A stretch of DNA of 38,396 bases. It comes from an uncultured Campylobacterales bacterium (lineage in GTDB: Bacteria > Campylobacterota_A > Desulfurellia > JAADFJ01). The notes below the pieces were generated by a model, which did no database searches, was not told where the DNA came from, and worked only from the letters and a program-made list of their open reading frames with translations. The DNA is taken from the NCBI GenBank assembly GCA_964487285.1, contig CAZAPZ010000002.1, positions 1-38,396 of the forward strand. The letters are read 5' to 3'. Of this stretch, positions 1 through 8,853 are shown piece after piece (positions within the stretch are counted from its first letter, which is position 1; each line of letters starts with the position of its first letter). Made by a program: the position numbers and the translations under genes.

Positions 1-434
1 TTTCTACATTGTTTAAAATAGCACGGGTTCTTGATATTCCTATGGCGCAATTTTTTCAGGATGATCAAGCAGGCATAAGCAAAATTATTGTTGTAAAAAA
101 AGATGAAAGAAAAAAAGCGGAACGAAGAAGAATGTCCGGAACATCTATTGGGTATTCATACGAATCGCTTGCTTGGAAGAAAGCAAAAAAAGCTATGGAA
201 CCGTTTATCGTTACATTTGAGCCAAAAGAGATGGAGCAAGTGATATATTTCAGTCATCAGGGAGAAGAGTTTCATTTTATATTAGATGGAAGGCTTGAAT
301 TCATTGGTGATAATACAAAGATAACGCTTGTTAAAGGTGATTCTCTCTATTTTGAAGCAAATATAAGCCATGGTTTTAGAGCACTTGATGGAAAACCTGC
401 AAAAACTATCGCTGTTGTGCATTCTGACTATTAA
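1..434 (+). CDS. XRE-family HTH plus cupin-domain transcriptional regulator (5' end lies outside the window)
   Basis: The frame is open to the window edge; the ORF track starts it at a TTG at 9. The N-terminal KIARVLDIPMAQFF looks like the end of an HTH_3 domain. The C-terminal FSHQGEEFHFILDGRLEF...GDSLYFEANISHGF matches cupin_2 motifs. The stop lies 2 nt before the next gene. Confidence 0.7.
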   Translation, partial: STLFKIARVLDIPMAQFFQDDQAGISKIIVVKKDERKKAERRRMSGTSIGYSYESLAWKKAKKAMEPFIVTFEPKEMEQVIYFSHQGEEFHFILDGRLEFIGDNTKITLVKGDSLYFEANISHGFRALDGKPAKTIAVVHSDY

Positions 435-436
435 AG

Positions 437-982
437 ATGAAAAGCATAAGGATACATGGCAGAGGAGGTCAGGGTGCAGTATTGGCAAGTAAAATCTTGG
501 CATATGCATATTTTCTCGAAGGAAAATTCTCTCAAAGCTTCCCCACTTATGGAGCCGAGCGTAGAGGGGCTCCTGTGACTGCATTTATCAAAGTTGATGA
601 TAAATTTATTCATGAAAGATGCCCTGTAAGAAAAGCGGATATTGCTGTAATTCTTTCGGACACTATCCTAAAATTTATTGACTTGGAAGACGGCATGAAT
701 GACGGAAGTATTATTCTATTGAATTCTAAGAAACATGCATGCGATCTTGATTTAAAAACAGATGCCAAACTGATTATTTCAGATCTTGCCAAAATAGCCG
801 TTGCCAATAATTTGGGCTCTGCATCTTCTCCGATAATAAATATTCCAGCACTTGGAATGATAGGAAGAATTGATCATATAAAACTTGAAAACTTGATAAA
901 AGCAACAGAGAAATTTGCTCCAAATCATAAAGATCAAAATCTATCTGCATTAAAGGAGGCCTACGAGAAAAACAATGAGTGA
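437..982 (+). CDS. 2-oxoacid:ferredoxin oxidoreductase, gamma subunit (substrate not assignable: por/kor/vor type)
   Basis: 181 aa. IHGRGGQGAVLASKILA...YGAERRGAPV is the signature N-terminus of POR-family gamma subunits. It is the first gene of a gamma/delta/alpha/beta arrangement. Confidence 0.85.
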   Translation: MKSIRIHGRGGQGAVLASKILAYAYFLEGKFSQSFPTYGAERRGAPVTAFIKVDDKFIHERCPVRKADIAVILSDTILKFIDLEDGMNDGSIILLNSKKHACDLDLKTDAKLIISDLAKIAVANNLGSASSPIINIPALGMIGRIDHIKLENLIKATEKFAPNHKDQNLSALKEAYEKNNE

Positions 983-2582
983 AGCAATTAAGCAAGAAGA
1001 ATTAACAGGTTACAAAGATAAGCCCACAACATATTCGCTTACTACAACTGAAATTAACATGACAGGATCTTGGAGATTTATAAGGCCTGAAGTAGAAGAT
1101 AATATGGCTCCATGCTCAGATAGATGTCCCGGTAGTATTAATATGGCGCGTTACATGCAGTATATCGGTAAGGGCGATAATGATACTGCGGTTAAAATTT
1201 TGCGCGAAGAGAATCCTATGCCTGCGATTACAGGGCGTGTCTGTCCGGCATTCTGCGAAACGGAATGTAATAGAAAAGAGTTTGATGAACCGATAGCTAT
1301 AAGGCAAGTTGAACGATTTCTCGGTGATTGGTCGCTTGATTATCCCGAGTCGCCGCCAACAATAACATCTGATAAAAAAATAGCAATAGTAGGCTCTGGT
1401 CCGTCAGGATTAAGCTGCGCTTATTTTTTGGCTAAGACAGGCTATGATGTAACGATTTACGAAGGTAATGATGAAGTTGGAGGAGTTCTAACTTACGGAA
1501 TACCGCTGTATCGACTACCCTCCGATGTAAGAAAAAGGGAACTCGGTTTAATAACCAGAGGCATAAATGTGAAAACGGGCGTATATATTGATGAAACCTC
1601 TATATATAAGTTAGCTAATGACTATGATGCTCTCTTTTTTGCACCCGGTTTATGGAAGGATCGAATAATTCTCAAAGGCAACGGTGTGTATGCAGGCGGC
1701 GAACTATTGAAAAGTTTAGCTGCCGGTAAAAAACCTCCTTCGGGTAAAAAAGCAGTGGTGGTTGGTTCGGGCAATGTTGCCATGGATGTGGCAAGATCAC
1801 TTATGAGACTTGGAAAAGATATTACTGTAGTTTGCGCTGAAACAGCTGAACAAGTCCCTGCATTTAAAGAAGAATTCGAGCAGGCTATTGAGGAAAATCT
1901 ACAAATTAAACAGTGCGAGCTTCCGGTAAGCTTGATATACGGTAATTCAAAAAAGCTGAAAGGCGTAAAAATGAGCAAGGCGGCAATTGTAGACAAAAAA
2001 GTTGTAACAGAAAAAACCGCTTTAGAAATTATAGATGCTGATATGCTAATATACGCAATAGGACAAGACGCTGAATTTAGAATAAAGGATAAAAAGAATA
2101 TTTTTGTCGGAGGAGATTATCTCACAGGTCCAAGTTCGGTTATAGATTCAATATCATCCGGCAAAGTTGTAAGTTTTCAAATAGAACAATTTCTTAAAAC
2201 AGGCACTAATTTTCAAGTAGATAAGAATTCTTTTAGACTGGGAAATCCAAGCGGCCGGAATATTGTAAGCTATGATAAGATAAACGATTTTTATTTCGTA
2301 AAAAAGAAACGTATGGAACCTTCCATCTTGGAAGTCAAGCAAAGGGGCAGAGATAGCGAAATCATAGGAGCTTACAGTGAAGACGAGGCAGTGAAAGAAG
2401 CTTCCCGCTGTTTTCATTGCGGCAGCTGCGATTTTTGTCAAACTTGCTGGTTTTACTGTCCCGATGTGGCAATAAAAACTATAAATGGAACAATCTCTTT
2501 TGACTATGATCATTGCAAAGGATGCGGCACCTGTTTTACAGAATGCCCGAGAGGAGCCATAGCCATGAAGGAGGAACTATGA
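975..2582 (+). CDS. GltD/SudA-like FAD- and NAD(P)H-dependent oxidoreductase fused to an OFOR delta-type 2x[4Fe-4S] ferredoxin
   Basis: 535 aa. A GltD-type Cys region spans aa ~47-98 (CSDRCPG...GRVCPAFCETECNR). Two dinucleotide folds are present (IAIVGSGPSGLSCAYFLAKTGYDVTIYEGNDEVGG and VVVGSGNVAMD). The last ~60 aa carry CDFCQTCWFYCP and CKGCGTCFTECP, the delta-subunit pattern. The start overlaps the gamma stop by 8 nt and the stop overlaps the alpha start (ATGA). Confidence 0.8.
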   Translation: MSEAIKQEELTGYKDKPTTYSLTTTEINMTGSWRFIRPEVEDNMAPCSDRCPGSINMARYMQYIGKGDNDTAVKILREENPMPAITGRVCPAFCETECNRKEFDEPIAIRQVERFLGDWSLDYPESPPTITSDKKIAIVGSGPSGLSCAYFLAKTGYDVTIYEGNDEVGGVLTYGIPLYRLPSDVRKRELGLITRGINVKTGVYIDETSIYKLANDYDALFFAPGLWKDRIILKGNGVYAGGELLKSLAAGKKPPSGKKAVVVGSGNVAMDVARSLMRLGKDITVVCAETAEQVPAFKEEFEQAIEENLQIKQCELPVSLIYGNSKKLKGVKMSKAAIVDKKVVTEKTALEIIDADMLIYAIGQDAEFRIKDKKNIFVGGDYLTGPSSVIDSISSGKVVSFQIEQFLKTGTNFQVDKNSFRLGNPSGRNIVSYDKINDFYFVKKKRMEPSILEVKQRGRDSEIIGAYSEDEAVKEASRCFHCGSCDFCQTCWFYCPDVAIKTINGTISFDYDHCKGCGTCFTECPRGAIAMKEEL

Positions 2583-3700
2583 AAGATATGATGATGGGAA
2601 GCGAAGCGATAGCTCTTGGAGTAAAACTTTCGAGACCGGAGGTAATAAGCGCATATCCTATTACACCACAAACACATATAATAGAAACATTGGCGGAAAT
2701 GACAGAATTAGGCGAGCTTGATGCTAAATTTATAAAAGTAGAATCTGAAATCTCAGCAATTAGCAGCTGTTACGGAGCCGTTGCGGCAGGAGCAAGAACA
2801 TTTACCGCAACAGCAAGCCAAGGCCTGCTTTTAATGCATGAAATGCTCCATTGGTTTAGTGGGGCAAGACTGCCTATGGTGCTTGTAAATGCAAATAGAG
2901 CTGTCGGATATCCATGGAATATATGGACAGATCAATCCGACTCACTTTCGCAAAGAGATACTGGATGGCTTCAGATTTATTGTGAAAATGCTCAGGAGGC
3001 TGAAGATTTTGTTCCTATTGCATATAAAATAGCAGAAAGCCTATATCTTCCGATTATGGTATGCATAGACGGTTTCATCTTGTCTCACACGCTTGAACCA
3101 TTGATTATAAGAAACAAAGCCGATATCGACAAATATTTGCCGAAGTATGAGCCTGATTATTTTCTTGATACCGACAATCCCCAAAGTTTTGGTAATGCTG
3201 CTATGGGTAATAGCTATTACAAGATGAAAAAAGCTATTTTCAACAATATCGTCGACTGGACAAAAATCAACGCTGCGCTCTCCGAATATAACAAACTTAT
3301 GAGTACAGACTATCGACCTGTCAACTGCTACAAATCAGAGGATGCCGACCAGCTTTTTCTTACAACCGGTGCATTATGCGGAACCGCAAGAACGGCCGTT
3401 GACATATTAAGAGAAAAAGGTATTAAGATTGGTCTGATTAACATGCGTTTCGTCAGGCCGCTTCCGATTAAGTGGTTAAAAGAGGCGATTAAAGACAAAA
3501 AGGTGTGGGTTTTAAACAGAGCCGTCTCATACGGCAACAGCGGAACATTGACCGAGGAAATAAAAAGTGCATTGTACCCTATGAATAATGTTATTTTAGA
3601 CGTTATCGTAAGCCTCGGCGGAAAAGATGTTTATCCTGAAACCTTGGTTGATCTTCTCAATATTAAGGACACAAGCAAAACCATATGGTTAGGAGAATAA
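2579..3700 (+). CDS. 2-oxoacid:ferredoxin oxidoreductase, alpha subunit
   Basis: MKDMMMGSEAIALGVKLSRPEVISAYPITPQT is a typical POR_N start. I chose the ATG at 2579, preceded by GGAGGA and overlapping the upstream stop, over the track's 2513 start. The 2513 start would add 22 non-conserved residues inside the previous gene. Confidence 0.85.
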   Translation: MKDMMMGSEAIALGVKLSRPEVISAYPITPQTHIIETLAEMTELGELDAKFIKVESEISAISSCYGAVAAGARTFTATASQGLLLMHEMLHWFSGARLPMVLVNANRAVGYPWNIWTDQSDSLSQRDTGWLQIYCENAQEAEDFVPIAYKIAESLYLPIMVCIDGFILSHTLEPLIIRNKADIDKYLPKYEPDYFLDTDNPQSFGNAAMGNSYYKMKKAIFNNIVDWTKINAALSEYNKLMSTDYRPVNCYKSEDADQLFLTTGALCGTARTAVDILREKGIKIGLINMRFVRPLPIKWLKEAIKDKKVWVLNRAVSYGNSGTLTEEIKSALYPMNNVILDVIVSLGGKDVYPETLVDLLNIKDTSKTIWLGE

Positions 3701-3702
3701 AA

Positions 3703-4572
3703 ATGAACTTTAACAATATAACACATGAGGAAAAACTGAACTCAGGACATCTTGCATGTTCGGGATGTGCAGCCAGCTTGTCTATGCGGCATGTTTTGAA
3801 AGCTATAAATGGAAAAACTATCGTAACCATACCGGCATGCTGCTGGTCTATAATATCGGGTACATATCCAACAACTGCATTATCTATACCAATTCTGCAT
3901 ACACCGTTTGCAACCGCTGCCAGTACCGCATCAGGTGTGCGTGCCGCTCTTGATATGAAAGGCGATACAGACACAACCGTTTTAGCTTTTGCAGGGGACG
4001 GAGGAACATTTGACATCGGCCTTCAAGCGCTTAGCGGAGCTCTCGAAAGAGGCGATAATATTATGTATATTGTTTATGACAATGAGGCATATATGAATAC
4101 AGGAATACAAATGAGCTCTGCAACACCAGCAGGAGCATGGACAACAACAACGCCGCATGGCAAACCTGTGGAAAATTGGAAAAAAGATATTTTTTCAATT
4201 GTCGTTGCCCACAGACCTGTATATGCAGCAACTGCAACAATAGCTTACCCTGATGATTTTTATAGCAAAATTGAAAAAGCATCAAAGCTAAAAGGTGCTA
4301 AATTTATACATTTGTTGTCATCATGCATTCCCGGATGGAAAATGAACGAGGATGACAGTATAAAAGTGCTGCGCTTAGCGGTTGAAACAGGAGTCTTTCC
4401 CCTGCTTGAATGGGACGGCTCAACTCACCTGACTTATATACCCGAAAAACTCATTCCCATTAAAGAATACTATGAACTGCAAGGTAGATATAAAAATTTG
4501 AGCGAAAAAAGAATGGCAGAGATTCAGATTCTTGTGAGAGAGCACTTCAGCAAACTAATGTCAGCTGCCTAA
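3703..4572 (+). CDS. 2-oxoacid:ferredoxin oxidoreductase, beta (TPP-binding) subunit
   Basis: CSGCAASL..., GDGGTFDIGLQALSGALERGDNIMYIVYDNEAYMNTG (TPP/Mg motif GDG...N..Y.NTG). The ATG at 3703 follows GGAGA and lies 2 nt after the alpha stop. The track start at 3685 overlaps alpha. Confidence 0.85.
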   Translation: MNFNNITHEEKLNSGHLACSGCAASLSMRHVLKAINGKTIVTIPACCWSIISGTYPTTALSIPILHTPFATAASTASGVRAALDMKGDTDTTVLAFAGDGGTFDIGLQALSGALERGDNIMYIVYDNEAYMNTGIQMSSATPAGAWTTTTPHGKPVENWKKDIFSIVVAHRPVYAATATIAYPDDFYSKIEKASKLKGAKFIHLLSSCIPGWKMNEDDSIKVLRLAVETGVFPLLEWDGSTHLTYIPEKLIPIKEYYELQGRYKNLSEKRMAEIQILVREHFSKLMSAA

Positions 4573-4596
4573 TTCCCTATCATTTGTGCTTAATAC

Positions 4597-4675
4597 ATAA
4601 TGAGCCCGCTGCACAACTGCAGAAAAACCGTAAGCCGTAAGATAATTAACACAATGAGACCACTGCATAATATAA
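4597..4675 (+). repeat. Two same-orientation copies, 54-55 nt apart, of a ~20 nt motif that recurs at the flgI/flgJ junction (11715-11738)
   Basis: 4597-4616 reads ATAATGAGCCCGCTGCACAA. 4652-4675 reads CAATGAGACCACTGCATAATATAA. 11715-11738 reads TAATGAGACCACTGCACAATATTA. The 15 nt core AATGAGACCACTGCA is identical between the second and third copies. A CCGTAAG CCGTAAG tandem (4628-4641) lies between the two intergenic copies. Confidence 0.6.
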
Positions 4676-4753
4676 AAATAAAAAGGCGTGAGGTCTTAGG
4701 GAAAAAATTAAAAAATATCTCTTTATCTTTTTTTAACCCATAAACCTTACGCC
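4672..4753 (-). terminator. Possible terminator in the convergent por/aconitase intergenic region
   Basis: There is a 10 bp inverted repeat, GGCGTGAGGT (4685-4694) and ACCTTACGCC (4744-4753). It has one G.T position on the + strand, which is an A.C mismatch on the - strand. On the - strand it is followed by TTTTATTTTTATA and begins about 35 nt after the aconitase stop. The 49 nt A/T-rich interior makes it atypical. Confidence 0.3.
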
Positions 4754-4788
4754 CAAAGTATATTACTCAGAACTTCTTAATTTCTTAC

Positions 4789-6792
4789 CTATTCGGTTAT
4801 TGTTATTTCCTCAAAGGTTTTACCTTTGAATTTTTTTGCGATCTGCATTGTTCCTCCCGAGAGAATCGTTTTTCTTTCACGGCTTGACAGATCATATTTC
4901 AAATTAAAGGAGATATTACTTGTTTTATCAACGAGTTTAATTATGCCTGTTCCATTGATTAACGCTAATCGCGTATTCTCGAGAATAATCAAATCATGCA
5001 GGGCAATCTTATCGTAGTCGTTTTGATTCTCAAATGTTAATGGCAAAATTCCAAAATTCACCAAATTCGCCTTATGAATCCTTTCAATTGACTTTGCAAT
5101 AATAGCTTTAACACCAAGATACATAGGACAAAGCGCGGCATGTTCCCTACTTGAACCTTGACCGTAAGATTCGCCGGCAACAATAATATTGCAAATATCG
5201 TTCTTTTTATTTTTAAGTGCTCTATCCGGAAATGTTGGATCCAGAGGTTCGAAAACAAACTCAGAATATTTTGGAACATTAGAACGATATACCAGCCGCC
5301 TTCCCGCAGGCATAATATGATCAGTTGTAATATTATCTGCAACTTTCAGTGTAACTTCACCATCAACGAAATCTCGCAATGGCTCCCCTTCAGGCGGTCT
5401 AACAATATTAGGACCTCTATAAAGAGTAATTTTTTCAGCATCTTTCGCAGGGATTGGAAACTCAAAAAGCGTATCATCTTTTAGGAACCGTTCGGGAAAT
5501 TTAAATTCGGGATAAGTTATTCCCATTTTTTTCATATCTCTCGGATCTGTAAGTTTGCCAGTAATTGCACATGCAATAGCAGTTTCAGGACTTGTAAGAT
5601 ACACTTTCGCAGATACAGTACCGGATCTGCCTTTAAAGTTGCGGTTATTTGTTCTTATGCTTATCGCATCCGATTTGGGAGCCATTCCGTTTCCTATGCA
5701 GAAGCCGCATGCAGATTCCAATATTCTCGCACCGAATTTTTCAAAAGTTAAAAGTGACCAGTTGGCCATAGTCATAATAGCTACTTGCCTTGAACCTGGA
5801 GCAACACCAAAACTCACATTATGATCTACTTTTATTCCTTTCTGCAAAGCCTGGCTTATTAGGTCGGCTGTAACCGTTATATCTCTATAAGATGAATTTG
5901 TGCAGCTTCCAATCAGTACCTGATCGACTGCCATTCCCTCTATATCTCTGACTTTTTTCACATTGCCCGGACTATGCGGAAGTGCCACCATAGGCTCTAA
6001 CTTAGATAAGTCAATCTCTATAATTTTATCATATTCAGAATCATCATCTGCCGTTAAACTGTTCCAGTCCTCTTCTCTCTGTTCAAGTTTAAGAAATTCT
6101 CTTGTTCTCTCATCTGAAGGGAAAACCGAAGTTGTAACACCGAGTTCAGCTCCCATATTAGTTATGGTTGCTCTTTCAGGCACGCTTAGTGTCTCAACGC
6201 CGGATCCGTAATACTCTGCTATCCATCCGACATTCCCTTTTACACTTAATATTGAGAGCAGTTTTAATACAACATCTTTGCCTGAAACAAAAGGCTTTAA
6301 TGATCCTGTGAGATGAATTCCGTAAAGTTTAGGAGCTCTTATATAAAATGGAAGTCCCGCCATAGCAGAAGCAACATCCAATCCTCCGGCTCCTATGGAA
6401 ATCATTCCGATTCCACCGCCTGTAGGTGTATGAGAATCGGATCCAAGCAGTGTTCTGCCCGGAACTCCAAATCGTTCGATATTAATCTGATGGCATATAC
6501 CATTTCCAGCCTTTGACAGAACCTCCCCATATTTCTTGGCAAAACTTTCGAGGTATCTGTGATCATCCGCATTCTCAAAGCCCATCTGAATGGTATTATG
6601 GTCTATATAGCTAACCGAAAGCAGCGTTTTAACTCTATCGACTCCCATCTGTTCAAACTGCAGATCCGCCATAGTTCCTGTTGCATCCTGCGTTAAAGTC
6701 GTATCAATATGTATTCCAATCTCGTTTCCTTTTTCAAGATTGCCCTCTACGACATGTTTCTCCAAAATTTTATAAGTTACGCTCTTTGCCAT
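4789..6792 (-). CDS. Aconitase-family hydratase (short ~660 aa type with fused swivel domain)
   Basis: 667 aa. IDTTLTQDATGT, GSDSHTPTGGG, CGFCIGNG and GSCTNSSYRD (Fe-S ligand motifs), plus C-terminal GESYGQGSSREHAA (swivel domain). GGAGG lies upstream of the ATG. Confidence 0.85.
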   Translation of the reverse strand: MAKSVTYKILEKHVVEGNLEKGNEIGIHIDTTLTQDATGTMADLQFEQMGVDRVKTLLSVSYIDHNTIQMGFENADDHRYLESFAKKYGEVLSKAGNGICHQINIERFGVPGRTLLGSDSHTPTGGGIGMISIGAGGLDVASAMAGLPFYIRAPKLYGIHLTGSLKPFVSGKDVVLKLLSILSVKGNVGWIAEYYGSGVETLSVPERATITNMGAELGVTTSVFPSDERTREFLKLEQREEDWNSLTADDDSEYDKIIEIDLSKLEPMVALPHSPGNVKKVRDIEGMAVDQVLIGSCTNSSYRDITVTADLISQALQKGIKVDHNVSFGVAPGSRQVAIMTMANWSLLTFEKFGARILESACGFCIGNGMAPKSDAISIRTNNRNFKGRSGTVSAKVYLTSPETAIACAITGKLTDPRDMKKMGITYPEFKFPERFLKDDTLFEFPIPAKDAEKITLYRGPNIVRPPEGEPLRDFVDGEVTLKVADNITTDHIMPAGRRLVYRSNVPKYSEFVFEPLDPTFPDRALKNKKNDICNIIVAGESYGQGSSREHAALCPMYLGVKAIIAKSIERIHKANLVNFGILPLTFENQNDYDKIALHDLIILENTRLALINGTGIIKLVDKTSNISFNLKYDLSSRERKTILSGGTMQIAKKFKGKTFEEITITE

Positions 6793-6901
6793 TTACGGCC
6801 TCCATAAATATATTTTTATGCCTTAGTTTGCAATAAATTCGTACAACTGTTAACGGATCGCATACATTATCTTATAAAAAATTTATTAGCTGTTTAAAGA
6901 T

Positions 6902-7849
6902 CTATTCATTTCCTTCCTTGCTAAGCAGCTTATATATATCGGAATCGGTAGAAAGCATAAGCCAATCATTCTTAGATATACTTTTTTTGTATGTTTGCAT
7001 AGTTTTTAGAAATTTATAAAATTTGCGTGATTCTGCATTTTTGTTATAAGCTTTTGCATATATGAGAGTGGCTTTTGCATCCGCAACACCTTTTATCTCC
7101 TGAGCTGTTTTATAAGCTTCTGAATTTATCTGTTTCAGTTCACGATCTTTACTTCCCAAAATTTTTGCAGCCTCTCCGGCTCCCTCGGATTTGAATTTAT
7201 CTGCTATCTGTTCTCTTCTCGTTATCATACGCTGAAATATTGTTTTTCTTACCGATTCAACATAATTTATTCTTTTAAATTGAAGATCAAGCACCGTAAT
7301 CCCCAGCCTTTTGGTACGTTTATTTGCAATAAGCACTATCGAATTGGTAATTTGTTTTCTTCCAAATTTAATATTCGGAAGTGTCTCAATGGGCGAATTC
7401 TCAAATGCTTCGCTGTTTTTAATGCTTCGGTTTGTTGACCGTATCAGTTCAACGAGTTCATGATCGGCAACGGCATTTCTTGTCTGTCCGTCCAAAATAT
7501 CATCAAGCCGTGATTGAGCTCCCCTTTCATTTTTAACTCTCTTAAAGAACAGGAGCGGATTAGTTATTTTCCATATTGCATATGCATCAATCCAAACAAA
7601 TCGTTTGTCTTTTGTGGAGACTTGCGTTGGATATCCATACCATTCCATGGCACGCTTGTCAAAAAAATGTGCCTCTTGTATTATCGGAATCTTGAAATGC
7701 AGACCTGAGCTTGCAATTGCTTTTCCTACCGGTTTTCCGAATTGTGTTATTATAACTTGTTCAGCCGGATTAACAATATATGCAGATGAAATAACAACTA
7801 TAGCCAGAAATATTGCTGCTATTACAAATAGCGATCTTTTTCCTTTCAT
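6902..7849 (-). CDS. hflC: HflC, SPFH/band-7 membrane protease modulator
   Basis: 315 aa with an N-terminal TM segment. YIVNPAEQVIITQFGKPV...GLHFKIPIIQ is the SPFH core. Its start overlaps the hflK stop by 4 nt. Confidence 0.85.
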   Translation of the reverse strand: MKGKRSLFVIAAIFLAIVVISSAYIVNPAEQVIITQFGKPVGKAIASSGLHFKIPIIQEAHFFDKRAMEWYGYPTQVSTKDKRFVWIDAYAIWKITNPLLFFKRVKNERGAQSRLDDILDGQTRNAVADHELVELIRSTNRSIKNSEAFENSPIETLPNIKFGRKQITNSIVLIANKRTKRLGITVLDLQFKRINYVESVRKTIFQRMITRREQIADKFKSEGAGEAAKILGSKDRELKQINSEAYKTAQEIKGVADAKATLIYAKAYNKNAESRKFYKFLKTMQTYKKSISKNDWLMLSTDSDIYKLLSKEGNE

Positions 7850-8838
7850 TTTTCACCTCTGTTTTGAAATAGCCGACTAAGCGGTAAGATTGGAAGCGTA
7901 GTTGCTTTTCCATCGCTTATGACCAATCTGGCTTTTGATAATATATCGGCCATTGCATTAAGATAGATACGCTGATATGTAACATTTTTTGCACTCATAT
8001 ACGCACCGAACATTTTGTTAAATCTATCAGCATCACCTTGAGCCTTATTTACCTCTGCGATTGCATATCCTCTTGCTATCTGAATGGTTTTCGCTGCCTC
8101 ACCTTTGGCTTTCGGTACTGCTCTGTTATAATTAGCAAGAGCTTGGTTGATAAGCTTTGCCTTTTCCTGCTGAGCTTCATTAACTGCATTAAATGCCGAC
8201 TTGACCTGTTCCGGCGGCATAACATCCTGAAGCACAACCTGAGCAACTCTTATTCCCATATTGTACCGGTTTACCAACTTCTGAAGCATTATTGTTGCAG
8301 TAGCTGCAACTTCTTGGCGTCCTACGGTCAGAATTTCATCAACCGTTCTATCTCCAATAACCGATCTCATAACAGCTTCGTTCATATCCCTGAATGTCTG
8401 TGTTGGATTTTTTATTTTAAAAAGATAATCATACGGATTGTCAATTCTATACTGTACTATCCATTGAACTACGACTGCATTAAGATCGCCGGTCAGCATA
8501 AGAGATTCGTCCTTGTATCCTTTTTCAGAAAATTGGGTTCTTACTCCTGGAAGCTCCGTTCTGAACCCGAATTCAAGTTTAAGCTGCCTTTGAACAGGTA
8601 TATCATATACATTCTCAATACCAAAAGGTAGTTTGAAATTAAGTCCCGGTTCTGCAGTTCTTACATATTTGCCGAATCTAAGTACAACACCAACCGAATC
8701 GGTTTTAACTGTAAACCATGATGACAAAAGCAATATTATGACTATTGCTATAATGACCAAAGTTCCTATAGATTTGAAATTCATCTTTTTCAAATCTATG
8801 TTCAACTTGTTTAAATCGAATTGAGGCATATCACCCAT
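7846..8838 (-). CDS. hflK: HflK, SPFH/band-7 membrane protease modulator
   Basis: 330 aa with a TM segment. VKTDSVGVVLRFGKYVRTAEPGLNFKLPFGIE, with a coiled C-terminal region. It is paired with hflC. Confidence 0.85.
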   Translation of the reverse strand: MGDMPQFDLNKLNIDLKKMNFKSIGTLVIIAIVIILLLSSWFTVKTDSVGVVLRFGKYVRTAEPGLNFKLPFGIENVYDIPVQRQLKLEFGFRTELPGVRTQFSEKGYKDESLMLTGDLNAVVVQWIVQYRIDNPYDYLFKIKNPTQTFRDMNEAVMRSVIGDRTVDEILTVGRQEVAATATIMLQKLVNRYNMGIRVAQVVLQDVMPPEQVKSAFNAVNEAQQEKAKLINQALANYNRAVPKAKGEAAKTIQIARGYAIAEVNKAQGDADRFNKMFGAYMSAKNVTYQRIYLNAMADILSKARLVISDGKATTLPILPLSRLFQNRGEK

Positions 8839-8853
8839 AATTCCTCCTTATAT

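Noticed and set aside
2513-2578. Upstream extensions of track ORFs (alpha subunit from 2513, beta from 3685, flgH from the TTG at 9902, ispD from 27173)
   Set aside because: The downstream ATGs at 2579, 3703, 9920 and 27197 align with the conserved N-termini. Three of the four have a Shine-Dalgarno at proper spacing; 27197 does not. The extensions add non-conserved residues overlapping the preceding gene or the tRNA.
4600-4743. 47 aa ORF (MSPLHNCRKTVSRKIINTMRPLHNIKIKRREVLGKKLKNISLSFFNP) joining the two intergenic motif copies in one frame
   Set aside because: It has no Shine-Dalgarno sequence, its composition is basic and low-complexity, and it lies in a convergent terminator region. Its resemblance to the FlgJ N-terminus (MRPLHNI) is explained by the nucleotide repeat itself. 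I kept it as a repeat, not a gene.
8038-8631. 197 aa ORF on the + strand
   Set aside because: It lies entirely antisense to the strongly supported hflK. Its composition is Cys/Ser/Ile/Phe-rich with no recognisable motif and no RBS. It is a typical shadow ORF of an AT-rich gene.
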